Of a stretch of DNA of 64,000 nt, positions 13,301 to 28,300 are shown one piece after another. Where the stretch lies: NCBI GenBank assembly GCA_002633005.1, contig NMRA01000032.1, forward strand, positions 1,034,911 to 1,098,910, given 5' to 3'. The stretch comes from Phoronis australis (Eukaryota > Animalia > Phoronida). A model generated the notes under the pieces. The model saw only the letters and a program-made list of their open reading frames with translations, did no database searches and was not told where the DNA came from. Positions within the stretch are counted from its first letter, which is position 1. The number at the start of each line of letters is the position of its first letter. Position numbers and translations under genes: made by a program.

Positions 13301-16300
13301 TTGATATATAACCAGTCATACTGGAAGCGATTATTTGAAAAGATACCATATAGGGCTGGTGTTATCTTTTTGAGATGGGGTTGTTGAATGGGAATAGTTG
13401 TTGTTCACATCTGTCACATGTAAAGAAAAATGTGCTTTGATATGATATATTGTAGTTGATATCAGATTTTTGTGTTTTTCTCTATGCTGTACGATTTGTC
13501 GTATAGTGCTGTCAGATTGTTTATACACGGACTTACAAAGTCACAGAATTTTGTGAAGTGGCTTGCTGTAATAACTGCCCAAGAAAACTTGTGTAATATT
13601 CAGATACAAGCATCATATAATTGTGTGAAAGCTTTCATTCAGTTCTTGTAACGTGTTCGTTCACGGTATGTTTTATTTCAGGACTTTGTGCATAAAAAGA
13701 AATTATTTGATCAGTTCAACAAGACGTACCAAGAAGTCAAGGTTGTGGCCGAAACTTACAAACGAGATGATGCATTGGGTAAGAACAAACCAAGCCATAT
13801 CTCTTTCACTCTTTGCTGCGAATGGTAACATTGGTGCTTTGTTGTCATTGGGTAAGAACAAACCAAGCCATATCTCTTTCACTCTTTGCTGCAAATTGTA
13901 ACATTGGTGCTTTGTTGTCTGCGACCAATGAACACTGCTTATCAGGACAAAAAGGAGTTGATAAATTTCAAAAATCATGGAAACAATGCAGGTATTCCAG
14001 GTGGCTGCAACTTAGAATGGAGTTATGTCCGGTCTGAAGTATTGTAGTCTCGCTTTAATTTTGTTGAAAAAGTAATTGCCAAAATTGAAATTTTTACTAT
14101 TTCAAAGGCTGACTAGAGAGTTGAAATGTTCAAAATTCTACTCCAGTTGTGTTTCACGATTACTACTTTGTACAGATCACACTAAAACAATGTAAGAAGT
14201 TCTAAATTTTATTTTTTAAAAAAATTTGGCATGAAATTTCACGTGAATGTCCACCACATCAAATGCTAAATTAAAGATTGTTTATCGTTCTGTCTATGTG
14301 TTGACAGATTCTAAAGAGGTGGACAAGGTAGACAAATACCTGGATGATGTTACCGTCCGTTGGAAGAAACTATCTGTAGAGCTACGTAGTATGCAGACAA
14401 TGTTGGAGAATGTGGTGCAGAACTGGAAGAGGTACTCGGCATGTACAGACCTATTCCAGGTGTGGTTGACGGACGCCGAGAGGAAGATGGACGCGCCCGC
14501 AGAGGAGAAGAAGGTATGTGGTAAAAACTTTTATTTAAATTAAGACGTCTGACTTGGGGTTGAAATCTAATGTCCTGATTCGCAGCTTGGACTTCAACGT
14601 AATGTTAGAGTCTTTAGTTTTGTGCTCAAATACATAACGATTTAGCAAAAGGATTTAATGAAAAAAATGTAAGGTTATTGTTGTCACAGATTGTAGCTTT
14701 AATAGCCTTGGATAATTTGTTAGAATTGTCATTACCGCTGCACACAATGCTATACCACACGAGTGAGTTGGTCTTCATATCACGATTCCTAAAAGGAATT
14801 AAATCTGTGAGTATTACAATTGCCGTGTTCAATCACTGAGATTGATATGAGAGACGTGCAGCTTCGCTATCGCTCAATACTGAGTTGATGTTATAAGCAC
14901 ATCATATTAATCTTCGGGTGACTTGTAACTCACATGCCTGCTGTTATGCCTTATGGTAGTTTCTATGTCCATGTACTTGAACATCATAAACATCAGATGG
15001 CGTTGAAGCAAATTGGCAGTCATTTGCTAAATGTAAGTGTTCACTCTAGTGCCATTACAAAGAAACACACCCTATTCATGGTTAGATGAGACTATTGTAA
15101 GGACGAAGTATTACCCAATGTGTATGCAATGTAAAACTATGATCTGTGGCTCATGTGCCAATTGCACTTCCAGGAGTTCTTCAAAGACATTGAAAAATGG
15201 CAAGAAAAGCATGAGATTCTAAACGAAGCAAGCAACTTCTTGATAGAAGTCTGTGACGACCGCGTCACGGCTCAGATCAAACAGGAACTGCTTCTGCTCA
15301 ACCGGCGGTGGAAGGACAACTTTGAGGCAGTGAAACTGTTCATGCTGCAGCAGGACACTGCCCAGTCAAGGGAGCAATACTCAGGGGGTGTGGCCAAGAT
15401 GTCCGATTGGCTGAACAACGTGGAGGCGGTCTTGGGGTCAGAGGTCAACTGCAACCTGGCTGAGCTGAGGAAACACATTCAGTTATTGGATGTGAGTAGA
15501 ATTGTGTGGTGCAGAGGCATCAGTTTATAATAATTCTGTGTTGTGTTTGCTAAATTACATGCACCAATAATAAGGTCTCACGGAAAATGCCAAATGCGAA
15601 CACGGATGAATCAAATTTGTGGCAGTAAATGTTGTTGGATTTCAGGGCAATAGTCTGATATAACGTGCCCACATTTTGAGAACCAGTTTGATACCCCGTT
15701 ATTTAGTGGGGAAAACTGGTTCTCAAAATGCGGGCACGTTACATCAGACCATTACCGAATTCAGAACATAAACTTTTCTTAATTGTATTTCCAACAAGAA
15801 TTGAGGTTTTTCACTGTGACACTTTTTGTGGTTTAATACATTCATTTTCATTGTCATATGATATAAATAAGGACTGTTCACTGTACTAATGATTTTGAAA
15901 TATGAGATGATAATATTCTCTGTTTTCCAAGGCAATTTCACATTTACTATGGGCCACTATGACATTGTTATTGGTCTGCAAAGAAAACCAAAGGAGTCCA
16001 CCGACTGTTGAAAACTTGTAATTGGCCTTTTTAAAAAAATTCTCTAAGTGATATTTAAGAATACCTGTTTTAGTAAATTAAATCAAGCATTTTATAGATT
16101 TGTTTTGCTTATTATGACCATCGGTATAGGTAAGCTTTTTTTGTGTTTATTTCATTTCATTGAAATCTGTCTCCAGGCTATCAACAATGAAACAGATGCC
16201 ATAGAACAAGTCTTTAAAGACGCTTCCAAAGTTGCCCAGTCGCTTGTTCGCAACAGTTCTCAGGACGACGTGAAAAGAATGCTCGAAATGTTACGAGTAG

Positions 16301-19300
16301 TAAAGGAGAGATTTGTCACGTTCCGCCGCGACGTTCCAGCCAGGATAGCTGCCCTGAAAAATCTTCTCCCCAACGTGGAATCATTGGAGACTGGAATCTC
16401 CGACCTTAGTGCTTGGATTGAGCAGGGGAGGGCGCTACTCATGTCTCACTGTGTAGAGGATAGCGAAGATAAGATAGAAGCAAGGCTTGAAATTCATAAG
16501 GTAGTACACTGTTTACCTTTTATTTATCACAACTGCGTAAAAAGATGACTGTACTTTTAAGAAAAACATGCAACATGTTCCAATGTATTAATCATTATAT
16601 ATTCGAGTACAAAATAATAGACTCTTGTCTTGAGTTCATAATAAAGTAGATTGGAAAATGTTTAAAAAAAATTGAGTTCGATTTGAGTTTAAAGATCAGA
16701 CCCAAGTCCAGATGTTCCTTGCCCGTGTTGTTCATGCTCTAGCTGTCATCTTTCTCCAGAAATTCTTCTCAGAGACCATTTACTACAAGTCCATACTAGA
16801 AAGTAAGAACAAGGTTCACCAAAAGGTCACCAAGAGTGGAGTGCGTAACATTAACTACTCTCAGCTGGACAATGAGGTTGGCAGTCTCAACCAGAACTTT
16901 CAGGTAAACGGCCTTACTGTGTTATTGTTGTGGATGGAGTCTCTCATAAGTATTACATGGTGATTAGTGACGTGTGTTACTGGCATACTCAGGCTTGCAT
17001 TTTGTGCAACAATTTTATACTTTGCACTGTAGCGGTTAGCTTATGGTAATTTTGCAATATTTCAGTGGCACCGTTCACGGTCGCGTTGCAGATATAATGT
17101 TATTCTCAGCTGTTATTCTCACTTAAAACACTTTTCTTCAATACCCAAACACTATTCAAAGGAAAGACCCACACTACCCTGCTCCTTACACGCGCAGTGG
17201 TGCCGTTCATGGTCGTGTTGCAGATATGTTATTCTCAGCTGGGGGCTATGATTTCCATCTATCTGAACTTTCATTGGAATTTGAAGTGGCAGTAACCAAA
17301 TCGTTGACAGTTTTAGCCACTGGGGCGAAAGTGAAACCTCTCGTACACGTTTGCGTCACTATTGCCATGTACAGATATTACAAGCTGAACAAACCCATGT
17401 TTATTGGATGAGCTCCTTGTAACACCCGAACTGCAGTATGTAGGGAAAAAAAATTACGAAAACAAGATCAGTCAAGTCTCCCCAAGATATCACTTTGCAT
17501 TGCAAGCGAAGCATGTGAACATACAAACTTTTCTTATTAATGTTATGCATCTATGGATCGGGTCCCAGTATGTTCGACTGCATAAATATACAGTATCTTA
17601 TCATAGTCAAATGCATTCAAATTTTGCCTCTGTTTCCACAGGGATGTATTGGTAATGCTAGAGAGTGGGAGCAGAGACTTAACGATGCCCTGCGTCACTG
17701 GAGGACCTTCTGTCAGAAATTGGCTCCCCTTGAAGAATTCATCAAGTGGGCGGAGACTACTCTGTTGGACAGCGATGGGGCGGTGCCTGTGCTCATAGAG
17801 AGACACAAGGTGGGTGGAGTGCGTAATTCCCATACTGACATGGAGATAAGGGTGAAATGTCAAGTGGGAAGAGACCACTGTTGTATAGCGACAGGGCAGT
17901 AAATGTGCTCATGGAGAGACACATGGTGCGCGGTGTGTGTATGTAATTCCAATAGAGACATGAAGGTACCAAAAATGTGTTAAATGCATTCTGGCTTTAG
18001 ATGAAAGACACCACTGAAATCCTGGCAACTTGTGACTAAATTTTCCGGAATTAATCTCGGCAAAGCAAATGTAACTGAGAATTCATCAAATTTGTTCTTC
18101 AATGCAAAATAAATTCCTAGTAAAAATATGCTTGAAAAAGCCCTGGGACTATTTTCCAGCAATTCTCGCATGAGACTGTCACTATAGATTTTGTTAGTGA
18201 ACTGGACCTGTTGAGAGAGATTAAACTACCACTTGATCATTTTGTCATTACAGGAATGTTTTGAGTTGATCGACGATCGTCTCATTCAAGACTTCCTCAA
18301 AGCGGGTCAGGACTTACTTAAATCCATGGACAATAACAGTGATGTTCAGAGGATTATGGCTGGACAGCACGCCAAGTGGGAGGTATGGCCTGTATAGAGG
18401 CAGTTGTCGTGTGTAGTTCAGTCTTTATTCAAACACGGGTATTCATTATTCTGTCAAAAACGTTGTTACGGTTTTTTAAATTATAATTTCATTTTCATTT
18501 AAGTCCTGTCTTTAGCCTTTCTTCAAAAGTGGATCATTTTAAAAACAATTCTTAACAGTGGAGAACAGTACATCAAGCGTTTAGTACCAGAACGTTCCAT
18601 GTGATTCAAAACAACTATTTCTGAGATATGTGCTGTAGTTGCCCAAAAATTAGGCCATTTTTGAGAACCCTACGTAACCTTAAGGCCTTGGACTGCGCCA
18701 TCCTGAGCATTTCACAGGCAGTGATGGTTCTTCCAGATATATTTACACACACGTATTGTTGTTTGTAGACTATACAACAAAATGCCCCCATCCGGCTGTT
18801 GAAACTGGAGTTCTGCGTGCCTGAAGAGAAATTTGTAGAGCACGTGCAAAGTGCCGAGAAGATGCTTGCTCAACTACAGAAAGACTTTGCCAATAAAGTC
18901 GACCCTGCCAAGTTACTCAAGCGACATATTGTAAGTTCAAGCGTGAATGTGTTAGGCCTCTTTACTGAATTGGCTTCATGCCCACATTAGGCGTAATGCA
19001 TAACAAATTTAAGATAAACATAAGTCAATGCATTTGATTGTGCTCTGGGTAGTCTCATCGTTTTCTCGGTTGAAACTTTGGGCATTAACCATGACTAATG
19101 GTCCTTGTATATTTGAGGAATGTTTAAGTCCATTTGGTCCACATTTTATTTTGAATGAACTTAGAGGTTGAATGACTTGATTTTTAAGTTGCCCAATCCA
19201 GTTAGCAGTGGCAGTTATTTCCTAAGGATTTAACCATGTTGTACTTGGTGTTTATTGTTTTTGGTTGCAACTTTCTTTTGTTACAGGAACTACGTAATTT

Positions 19301-22300
19301 TGTATATGGTAAAATCTCACAAACTTACAACACAATGTGGCGGACAAGTGAATGTTATTTAGCACCAAATTAATGCTTTCCCTTGTTTTTATGGTCTGTA
19401 CCACAGCTGTCATCAAACAATGTTTTGAAAAATTGTAGGCATTCATCACCATGTTAATAGTACTTGAAAAATGAGAAAAGGGCAGTTTTGGTATTTTTTC
19501 TCCAAAATTGATGAGATTTTATTGTTATATGATAAGATACAGTATCAAACTGTAGAAAATTGTGAAACAGCGTAGATTGAGGTGTTTCTGCACACTTTCC
19601 CCCATTACGACACTGCACATCTTTGTAGTCAACCCTTTTGAACTTTCTTTCACCCAGTACACGTCATTCACAGTACGTTGTTGTATTCACAGGAGTACTT
19701 CGAAGAGTCTGGTTTTTACCCGTCCTGCAACAAGTGCCTCAAAGGCATGACGTCCATGTCGGACAGACTTAAACAGCTGAATCCTGAGGAACGGGATGCC
19801 CCGGATAGGTGCTTGAAACACATGGATACGTGGAAGTCTTTATGTGCCAAAATAGAGCAGGTCCAGCTAATGCTCAAACAGCTGCCTGCGCGATGGAATC
19901 AGTATAATACAAGGTAAGGATAGCATGTGGAATGGATCTGCATAAAGGTATATTGCATACTTGTATTTGGAGTGTGGCCTTTGGTAAGTAATCACCACCA
20001 AATCCGATTAGAGCCTTGCATCAAGACTGTGACAGATTTTTTTCTAATTCTTTATTATCTCCCCTGAAGACATGACTATCGTAATGTAATTCAGTTGGTA
20101 ATAAAGTTACTCCTAGTACATGCTAACTTCAGTTCTGGTTGTGCAAAATATGACACTGTAGTATGGATGGTAAATTGGGCTGAAGACTGAGGGTTATTAG
20201 TCCAACCTGGGTTGAGATTTCTAAGGCCGGTTTGCAACCTCATATGATGTTGTAGCCATGTAAAGAAATTAGTAGTAGTAGTTCGTGGAAAACAATCTAT
20301 GGTTTGAAAAATGTTCATGTTAGTGTGTTTATCTGTGGTATTGTTGCTGTAAAATAAAGCCTTTGGTAATGATATACAATGTTATTTCCATAGGTTAAAA
20401 ACGTTTGAAACTTGGATGGATGATGTGGAGGGTACTGTGGAAGAACTGAATGAAGAGACCTCTACTGGTGACGAATACAAACAAGTGCTAGCAAAGTTCC
20501 AGGTAATGCGTTCATAAGCAGTCGTAATACCTGTGTTTCTCTAACTGCCATTGTCGCTGAGAAAAATAAAAAAGGTTTCACTCAGTTTCCAATTCAGATG
20601 TCCTGTATTTTGGAAATGTTATGTCTTCTTTACACATGTGGTTGATTTTATATTGAACGCCTGTGGGAACAATATTAGTAAGACTGAAGGGCGCGTTCTC
20701 TAGCTGTAAGACACTCGTAAAAGACTTGTGGTGAGAACTCTTTGCATATGGAGTGTAGAGGAATGTCTAATTTACTGCTTGGTCCCATAATTCAACTTTC
20801 CTGTCACTCTGACTAATTGTTTCTGTGGTGGCCGTTTTTTTGTGATCTAGTAAAGTCCCAATCATACCTGCGAGACATTTGATTTTATTTCTTATGCATG
20901 GTTTCACCAGAAACCTGCTCTACGGAATGCAGTCTTGGGTATCCGGTTATTTAATCAACGTTTATTTTGATATCACATATTGGTGGATGTTAGTGTTATA
21001 GTGGTTGTTTCATTTACTGCTCTGTTGCGTGAAATAAGTAGGTATTCTTGCGTTATAATACTATGCACTGTCTTACATTGTATTTCTGAAGATGAAGGTA
21101 AATCGTTGTTGGAATGTTGCTGTTGTCACATATTTTGTGGTTGAGAACCCTCCTGTTACTCAAATTTCAAGTTCCATGACCTATGTAATTGATCATGTGA
21201 CATGGTTGTTGTAATGATACTGCATGTTAAAAAAAACAAGGTAGCAAACATTATGAAACTAAATTATTTCCTAGAGAATTTGTCTCTTTTGAAAATTAGT
21301 GTACCTTGTCAAGAAGATCTTTGCTATTTCACCTGCACGTTGTCATGTTTGGAACCCTTTCTCAGACGTGTCTGCCTTGTATTGCGCTTTCACATTACTA
21401 ATCTCTATAATGCAAAATAATCCCGTACTCTGGCTATTGTAGATGTATACTAACCATTATTTTAATGCTAATGTGGTTTGTCAAAGCAATTTTTCATTGA
21501 ACTTTCTTTTTTAATGCTAGGTAAAAAGCTATGTTGTAAACGTAGTTATGATAACATTATCACTTCAACTTTTCTGTGATCAAATTTTCACTGCTGATCA
21601 TTTATTTTAGAAACTGCAAAGGAATGTTGAGAAACATCGGGAAGATGCCAAATGGCTGGTGCAGACCCTAGACAAGCTTCTAGATGACGAACCTAATGCT
21701 GATGAGGTTCAGTATCAACGCCATCTGGAGACGGTCGTTGAGAGATACAAACACCTGCTGCCAAAGATTGAAGAGGCGGAAAGCCACTCCACTGTGAAAG
21801 CACAGTGCTATGATTTCCGTGACAGTGTTGAAGAGAAAGCTGATTGGCTTTTGAGGACGCGTGAACAAGTTGACTCTAGCAAACCCCTAAACAGCTTGGA
21901 GGACGTTCAGAAACAGCTGCAGGAACAGGAGGTATGGTATTTGTGTTGAAGTTGAGATTTTATTGATCCGACCAAAGCTTTTGATACTGTCACTCAAGGC
22001 GAAAATATTGTGTGTCACACCCGAGAAATTTGCTGTGATGCTGTATCCTAATATTGTGTTAAGTAAGTAACTGTGTTTGGAATTAATGCGTTATCTTACA
22101 AGGTTGGTGGTGGATCATCTATGTTGTGTTTTAAGTCTATTAAAAACTTGTGTTTGCTGTCAATATTTGAGACTCCTGATGTTTTCTTTTTAACCATGTA
22201 ATATTTCTCTTCCAACACTTTGACATGACATGACATTATATGCATGTATAAGATATTCATAGTTTCCTTCCAAAATTAGTGCTAGTCTTTTCTTTGCTGA

Positions 22301-25300
22301 AAATTTTCAGGAACTAATGAACACTCTCAAAACACATCAAGATACAATTGAGTCGAGTATCACTCACGGAAAAGCAATGTCTGGTACTCTGCCTCGAAAG
22401 AGCAGCAGAAACAACAGTAACTCTGAGATGAAAAATGACGATGACGATGCAATGTCCAGTCGGAGAGTTTACAAACTTCGGCGATTCTGGTCAGATCCGT
22501 ACTCGACAATAGGACCGGTAATGCTGTAGTCAGAAAGAAGATTTCTACACTTTAGCTTTTAATTTCTTAGCCGTCTTTTTATTTCAGAAAACTGACAGCT
22601 GACACCATTTTCTGTACAGCCTTCTAGGTTTTTTGTCACATTTCTAACATAACATAACCTTTTTGCTTACATTTCATCTAACAGGTGTGGGTGTTTGTGT
22701 TTGTGTTTGTGTGTGTGTTTCTTACAAGACACTTCATATGATTATTCTTGAATTATTCATTGTAGCCAAGGAGCACCTGCGTCATTAACTTTCATTAACA
22801 TTTTCTTGTTCTTGTTTGATTCTATTGTGAACACTTGCTTGAAAAACAATTTATAACTGGTACAAATTGGCTCTCTATTTCCATACTGATGCTTTTGCTA
22901 GGTAGGCCATGGTAAGTATTCGACGCTTGTGTTCAGCTGTAAGTGTTGTTGAAAATGCTGAATTATAAGTATGGTATTAAATTAAAAACACAATGCTGTA
23001 TTTTTGTTCTTGCTACTGGACTGTTGCCTAACATTGAACAATGTTTTGGCATACTTTCCTTACAAGGAGACACTTTTCTTTCAATATGCTGTTAAGTGTA
23101 TGGTATTATTTTAGTTTTCAGGCACAATTCTTTAGAGGTTGTTTAATTCTGTTATGTGGCCAACATTGACTCAGTATTGCTAACATAAATAAAGAACTTT
23201 CCTTGCAGCAGTGATTCAAAACGGGTTATCTTTTTTAATTGTCAGGGAGTTTGAAAAAAGCGGTGGTGGATCTTATTGCATTGTTCACAATTTGTTTGCA
23301 ACTATGATGAAAAGCGTGATATTCTTGTCAAACCTGGTTATTGAACGACCGTCCTTGCTCGTCAAGTGCTAACCCCTAGGTTTCCTTTTAAGGCTATCAT
23401 GTGTAAACTAGAGGATGAGAGCTCCAACGTAGAGTCAGAGGTCCAAGCTGGTCGCAACCTGCAGCGTCTCCATAGTACTCCGTCCTTCATACAACCCGTC
23501 GTCGACAGACTGGATGAAGAATGGCGACAGACCACTGAGTTGGCCTCCGCTAAATTCCAGAGTCTCAAAGTGAGGGTTAAACATATCAGTTTTGTATTAA
23601 GTGATTTTTTGATGTGAGAATCAAACCAACGGTAAATAATTTTTTGAGGAGATTTCGGACTCGAATATTGAGTCGGTTACGATCAGTTCCATTATTAGCT
23701 TCTAACTATCAACTAATTTTACTTAATAGTACTGAAGAAAGAAACATTGATTTTGAGATTGATGTTCCTAAATGCCTTTTGCTCATCCGGTTTGAGGCCA
23801 CTCATCTTAGTTTTTATTTTGTTAATTTCAGCAAACTCTTCAAAAGTGGCAAGACTATGACACCGGCCAAGCTAAAATAAATGATTACGTTCAACAAGTG
23901 GAGAACGAGTTAAAGAAACAGCGTCTGCCACCAGGACCTGAGGGCATACGTACAGAGTTGGAGGCCAAACAGGTGCTTGTTTGTTTAAATCAGTCAAGTG
24001 ACCTTAAATTTATTTTTAATTAAATTTAATGAAATGTGATTGCACCACATGACTTATACAGTAAAGTAAAGTTAACTATGAATGGTTCCTTTCAGCAACG
24101 TTTATACGAAATTATCTAAGATAATCTTATATTGCTGTTGGATCGCATTGATTGGATGAAGTGTTTACCTCACAAAACAGCATTAGGTATTGATATCATT
24201 GTTATCATCTGTTTCGTCTTCAGGAACTGCTGCAACAAGTTGAAAGCCTTCAGCCGGTGGTGGCGGACGTCAAGTCTCTCAATTGCCATCTCCAACAGAC
24301 GGCCAGTGACAGCAAGCGCGGAACTCTGGAGAAAGATCTGACTGCGACAGAGAGCAAACTTCACGACGCATCAGTTAGGTTGGCTGAGAGAGTGCGCGAA
24401 TTGCAGGCAGAGAGTAACAGGTAATAATAAGGAGGTGGGGGGTCCCACGAGGTCCCACAAGGCCTCCCCATTCACTGGTGTATGGAAATATATTATATCG
24501 ATAAATAGTAAAGCAAACAATTCTCCATTCTATAAGTAAGAATTATTAGTCTTCTTTCGCTTTGCATTTTTGTTGTAAATGGCAATAAGTGAAGCACTGA
24601 AGTTTTCTCTCTTCGCATCGTTATTTCCGTGATGGCAAATGCTCTTGACAGGATTATTTGACTCAATCCCTCCCTCCTAATGCATTGCATGTTTGGTACT
24701 TTTTTGGAAATGGCAATTAATATTATGAGCCGTCCCTTGGTGCATAAATGAAAAATTGAGGTCTTGTTAAAACACATTCAAATTTTATACTGGGCAACTC
24801 GATGACATCATCTAAGTGCGATGATAATCGTCAATGTGGATAAGACCTTTGCAACCATTCTGTCAGAGAATATTTTCTGCTCATCTCGGTTACTTTACCA
24901 TTCAGGTGGCTTGAATACCTGGACAGTCTAGCTAAGGTTGAAGACTGGCTTGCCAGCACTGGGGACAGATTGGCTAATGTTAACGATGGCAAATCTTTGC
25001 CTGAAGAACTCTATGAACGATGCATGGTGAGTACACAGGATTCAAACAAGGTGTGAAAATGAATTAATACGTGTCTTGGTCGTCAGGGTTTTTAACTTTT
25101 AAATTTTACCTTTAAGGTAAATGTGCACGATTGGATGACATGGGTAACTTGTAGTCAGCTTTTTGCCTTTCACTCGTTTAGCTGTCAATGTTGAATTATG
25201 AATCAAAGTACTTTAGGGTTTCAAACATATCCACTCTTATCTGATCTTGAATAGTAGAGGGAGTCGCCAACTCAAGTCACAGGCAATGTGCACAAGCGCC

Positions 25301-28300
25301 ATTTTTGAAGTGTTTTCTTGAGTCACTTCTGGTCTTGATGCTCTTGGTAATAACTTTCACTGTACATGATGACATGGAAGTTTTGTCTTTTGAGTATCAC
25401 AAGATCGATTTTTTGAGAGTAATAAGTGTAATTTTTTGTTTTTTGGCTAGTTAAACATGGTAAAATGCAGTTATAAATTACAGAAATTCACTGTACTTAT
25501 TTTTGTAAAAAATTATAAGACTTTGATGGAGTCTGTTGTAGATTAGTGATTTTGAGCATGCAGCTGCATCATGGCAGCCTGATTGTAGTTATTACATACA
25601 TGATGGAAATAAATAGTTGTGAAACTGAACAGTGGGTATAGAAAAGTAAATGGAACTGCCACTTTCTCTCAGGCCATTTGCTCTGAAGTCTACGACTGTC
25701 ACACTCACCTGGAGGCGCTTGAAAAGGAAGGTGTTGCTCTGTCAAACAACTTCCGGTCACGCGAAACGTCTAGTCTTAAAGGCCGGTTAGCCGACATCAG
25801 GCGGAGCTGGGACTCCCTATGTGCCAAAGCCAAAGAAGAAAGTGCCAGTCTGTCAGAGAATGTGGGTCACTGGAACCTGTACCAGAACCATCTGAGCAAC
25901 CTGTTGCCGTGGTTACAAAATGCTGAACGCTACCTAGACGGAAAAGTGCCAGGATGTGGTAATCTTTCAGAAGTCGAAGAGCTGTGTGTGAAGCACAAGG
26001 TTTGTTATTTGTGTAGAAATATTCCTTGTGTCATTTCATCAGTTAATGGGAACTCAATTATGAAACTGAATAATTGATTGTTTTTACCTGTTATGGCATT
26101 TCTGGCTTTCTGTCTGACAGGTCAGTCAATTGAATTGAATGTATCTTCCATTTCAGTGTTACAAATTTTCTTCACTGGATGAACCTTTTGAATTATTTTG
26201 CTCTTGTAAATTTGTTCGATTGCTTCAAGATACAAAAAATAAAAATCACACATTTGCTGATTTTGTTACTATACTTTCAGGAATTCTTAAAAGAACAAGC
26301 AGAAAATCAAAAGTTGCTTGAAAGATTAGCTGAGGAAGCGGAGTACATTACAGATCAACCTCAAATTGCCAGCGAGCTCGGACATTTGCAAGATCGTTGG
26401 GAGAACCTCTGCTCTGCATCCAGTCACCGAGGTCACAAGATTGACACCATTCATGGCAAATGGGTCAAGTTTCATGAAGAGGTCAAGTCATGTGACCAAG
26501 TTCACGAATCTCTTGCCAAAAAATTGGAGGCTGCGCCCAATTTAGCTACAACAGATGTCTTGACACTTGAGAAAGAGTTGACTGCCAGCAAGGTCTGTAG
26601 ATTTGTGTGTGGTAATTGTAGATCACAGAGTTTATAGATCTCTGTGTGGTAACGATTCTCTTGATCACTTGGGTTTTTGGATGGTAAATGTAGTAAAGCC
26701 TCGTCTCGAATCTGAGGTTGGATTGTAATGATTGTTTGACCACGAGATTTGTAGATTGATGTTTGATATTGTTTACAGAATTTGCTTTAACAAGTGTGGG
26801 CTCATATGTATTTTTCCTGAATAGCTGAAACAAAAGCTATAAGTCATGCAACTGTACTGACTGAGTCTGGATTTCTTTCTTTATTTCACAAAAGTCACAT
26901 TTTGGCTGTGAACAAGTTGTGTCTTTCTTTCAGGCTCTACTTGAAGAAATCCAGAAACAAGAGCACTGCCTAACTACTGTCCACTCCAGTTTGGAGGCGG
27001 TCCAATCTTTGGCCACGCCCCTCGGCAAGGACAGCCTGAAGGATGCGGAGAAAGCAGCGCGTCAGAACTACGCCGACATCCAATCAACCGCAGCCGAGCG
27101 TGTTGACAAGATCGAGGCTGCGCTGAACAAAAGCAAAGCCATTCACGATGAGATGATTCGCCTGGAGACGTGGGCACAAAAGATGGAAAAGAAGTTAAAT
27201 AGTTCGGGAGAGATCTATGCGGATGAGGTCCAGGATGCTCTAGCTAAACTTCAGGTACACTGTCTGGTTCCCTGCCTAAACATAAGATGGCATGACGTCT
27301 ACATGTTTAGGCACGTAAACTCGACTCAATTCTGTAACACCTCTGTAATAGCAGTGTGGCGTGGTGATACGTGATCTTAAATCTTATTGTGGGATTACTA
27401 TGTCTAGGCATGTATTCTGGGCAATGAGAAGGCACTGTTACATGTCAGCCATTTTGACCGACATGAGAGGAGTGAAGGTTACCAGCTGGTGTTTACAATG
27501 ATGGTCCAATTTAGTTAATGGGTAATGCAAAATTCACTTGGTGGTAAGCAATAGTCTTCCAGGGCGCACAGTACATATACGTAAATCTTATGTATATTCG
27601 TGTGTAGAAACTGAAGAGGTGGGCATGTTTTTTGAGATGCTTTTTGTCTATGAAAGCTGATAAGATTTGTGCAATTATGACATTAATGTGCTGATGACAG
27701 TATCTGTCATCCTTGTAATATCAGTGTTCTCATTTGAGATATCAATCTGTTGCACTTTGCCAGGGAGTAACTGAAGAAGTGAAGGACAAGCAGCCATCTT
27801 TGGACGCACTCAGCTCTGAGCTGCAGCAGATCTCCAAAACATGTGACCCCAAGGAGACTACGGAACTCAGGCAGCGATTCGATAAAATGGCCGCCGTCTA
27901 CCAGAACATTAACGACTTGGCGGCCAAGCGCGACAACCTGCTCAATAAGTGGAACGAGTTCGATCGCGTGCAAAAAGGTGCTAATCGACAGCTGAAGCAT
28001 TTGCAAAGTCAGCTGGAATCTCAGGAAGTTCAGCCAGAGGACATTCAGACGGTCAATGAGGAGCTGTGGTCAGTGCGGGAACAGGTAGGCCAGTGGAATG
28101 CTCGCGCTCAGGCCTTAGATCACGAGCTGCAGGATTCACAGCTCTGCGTGAAGGAGAGGTCGACACAGAGGGCGCTGATGTTCACGGCCGAGGCACAGAA
28201 TGTGTTGGAGGCTTGCGACGAGGTCGACGCCTCAGCTGAACACAAACAGGGACATATTGAAGCAATTAACCGTACAACGGATAAATTAGCTTTACAGAAG

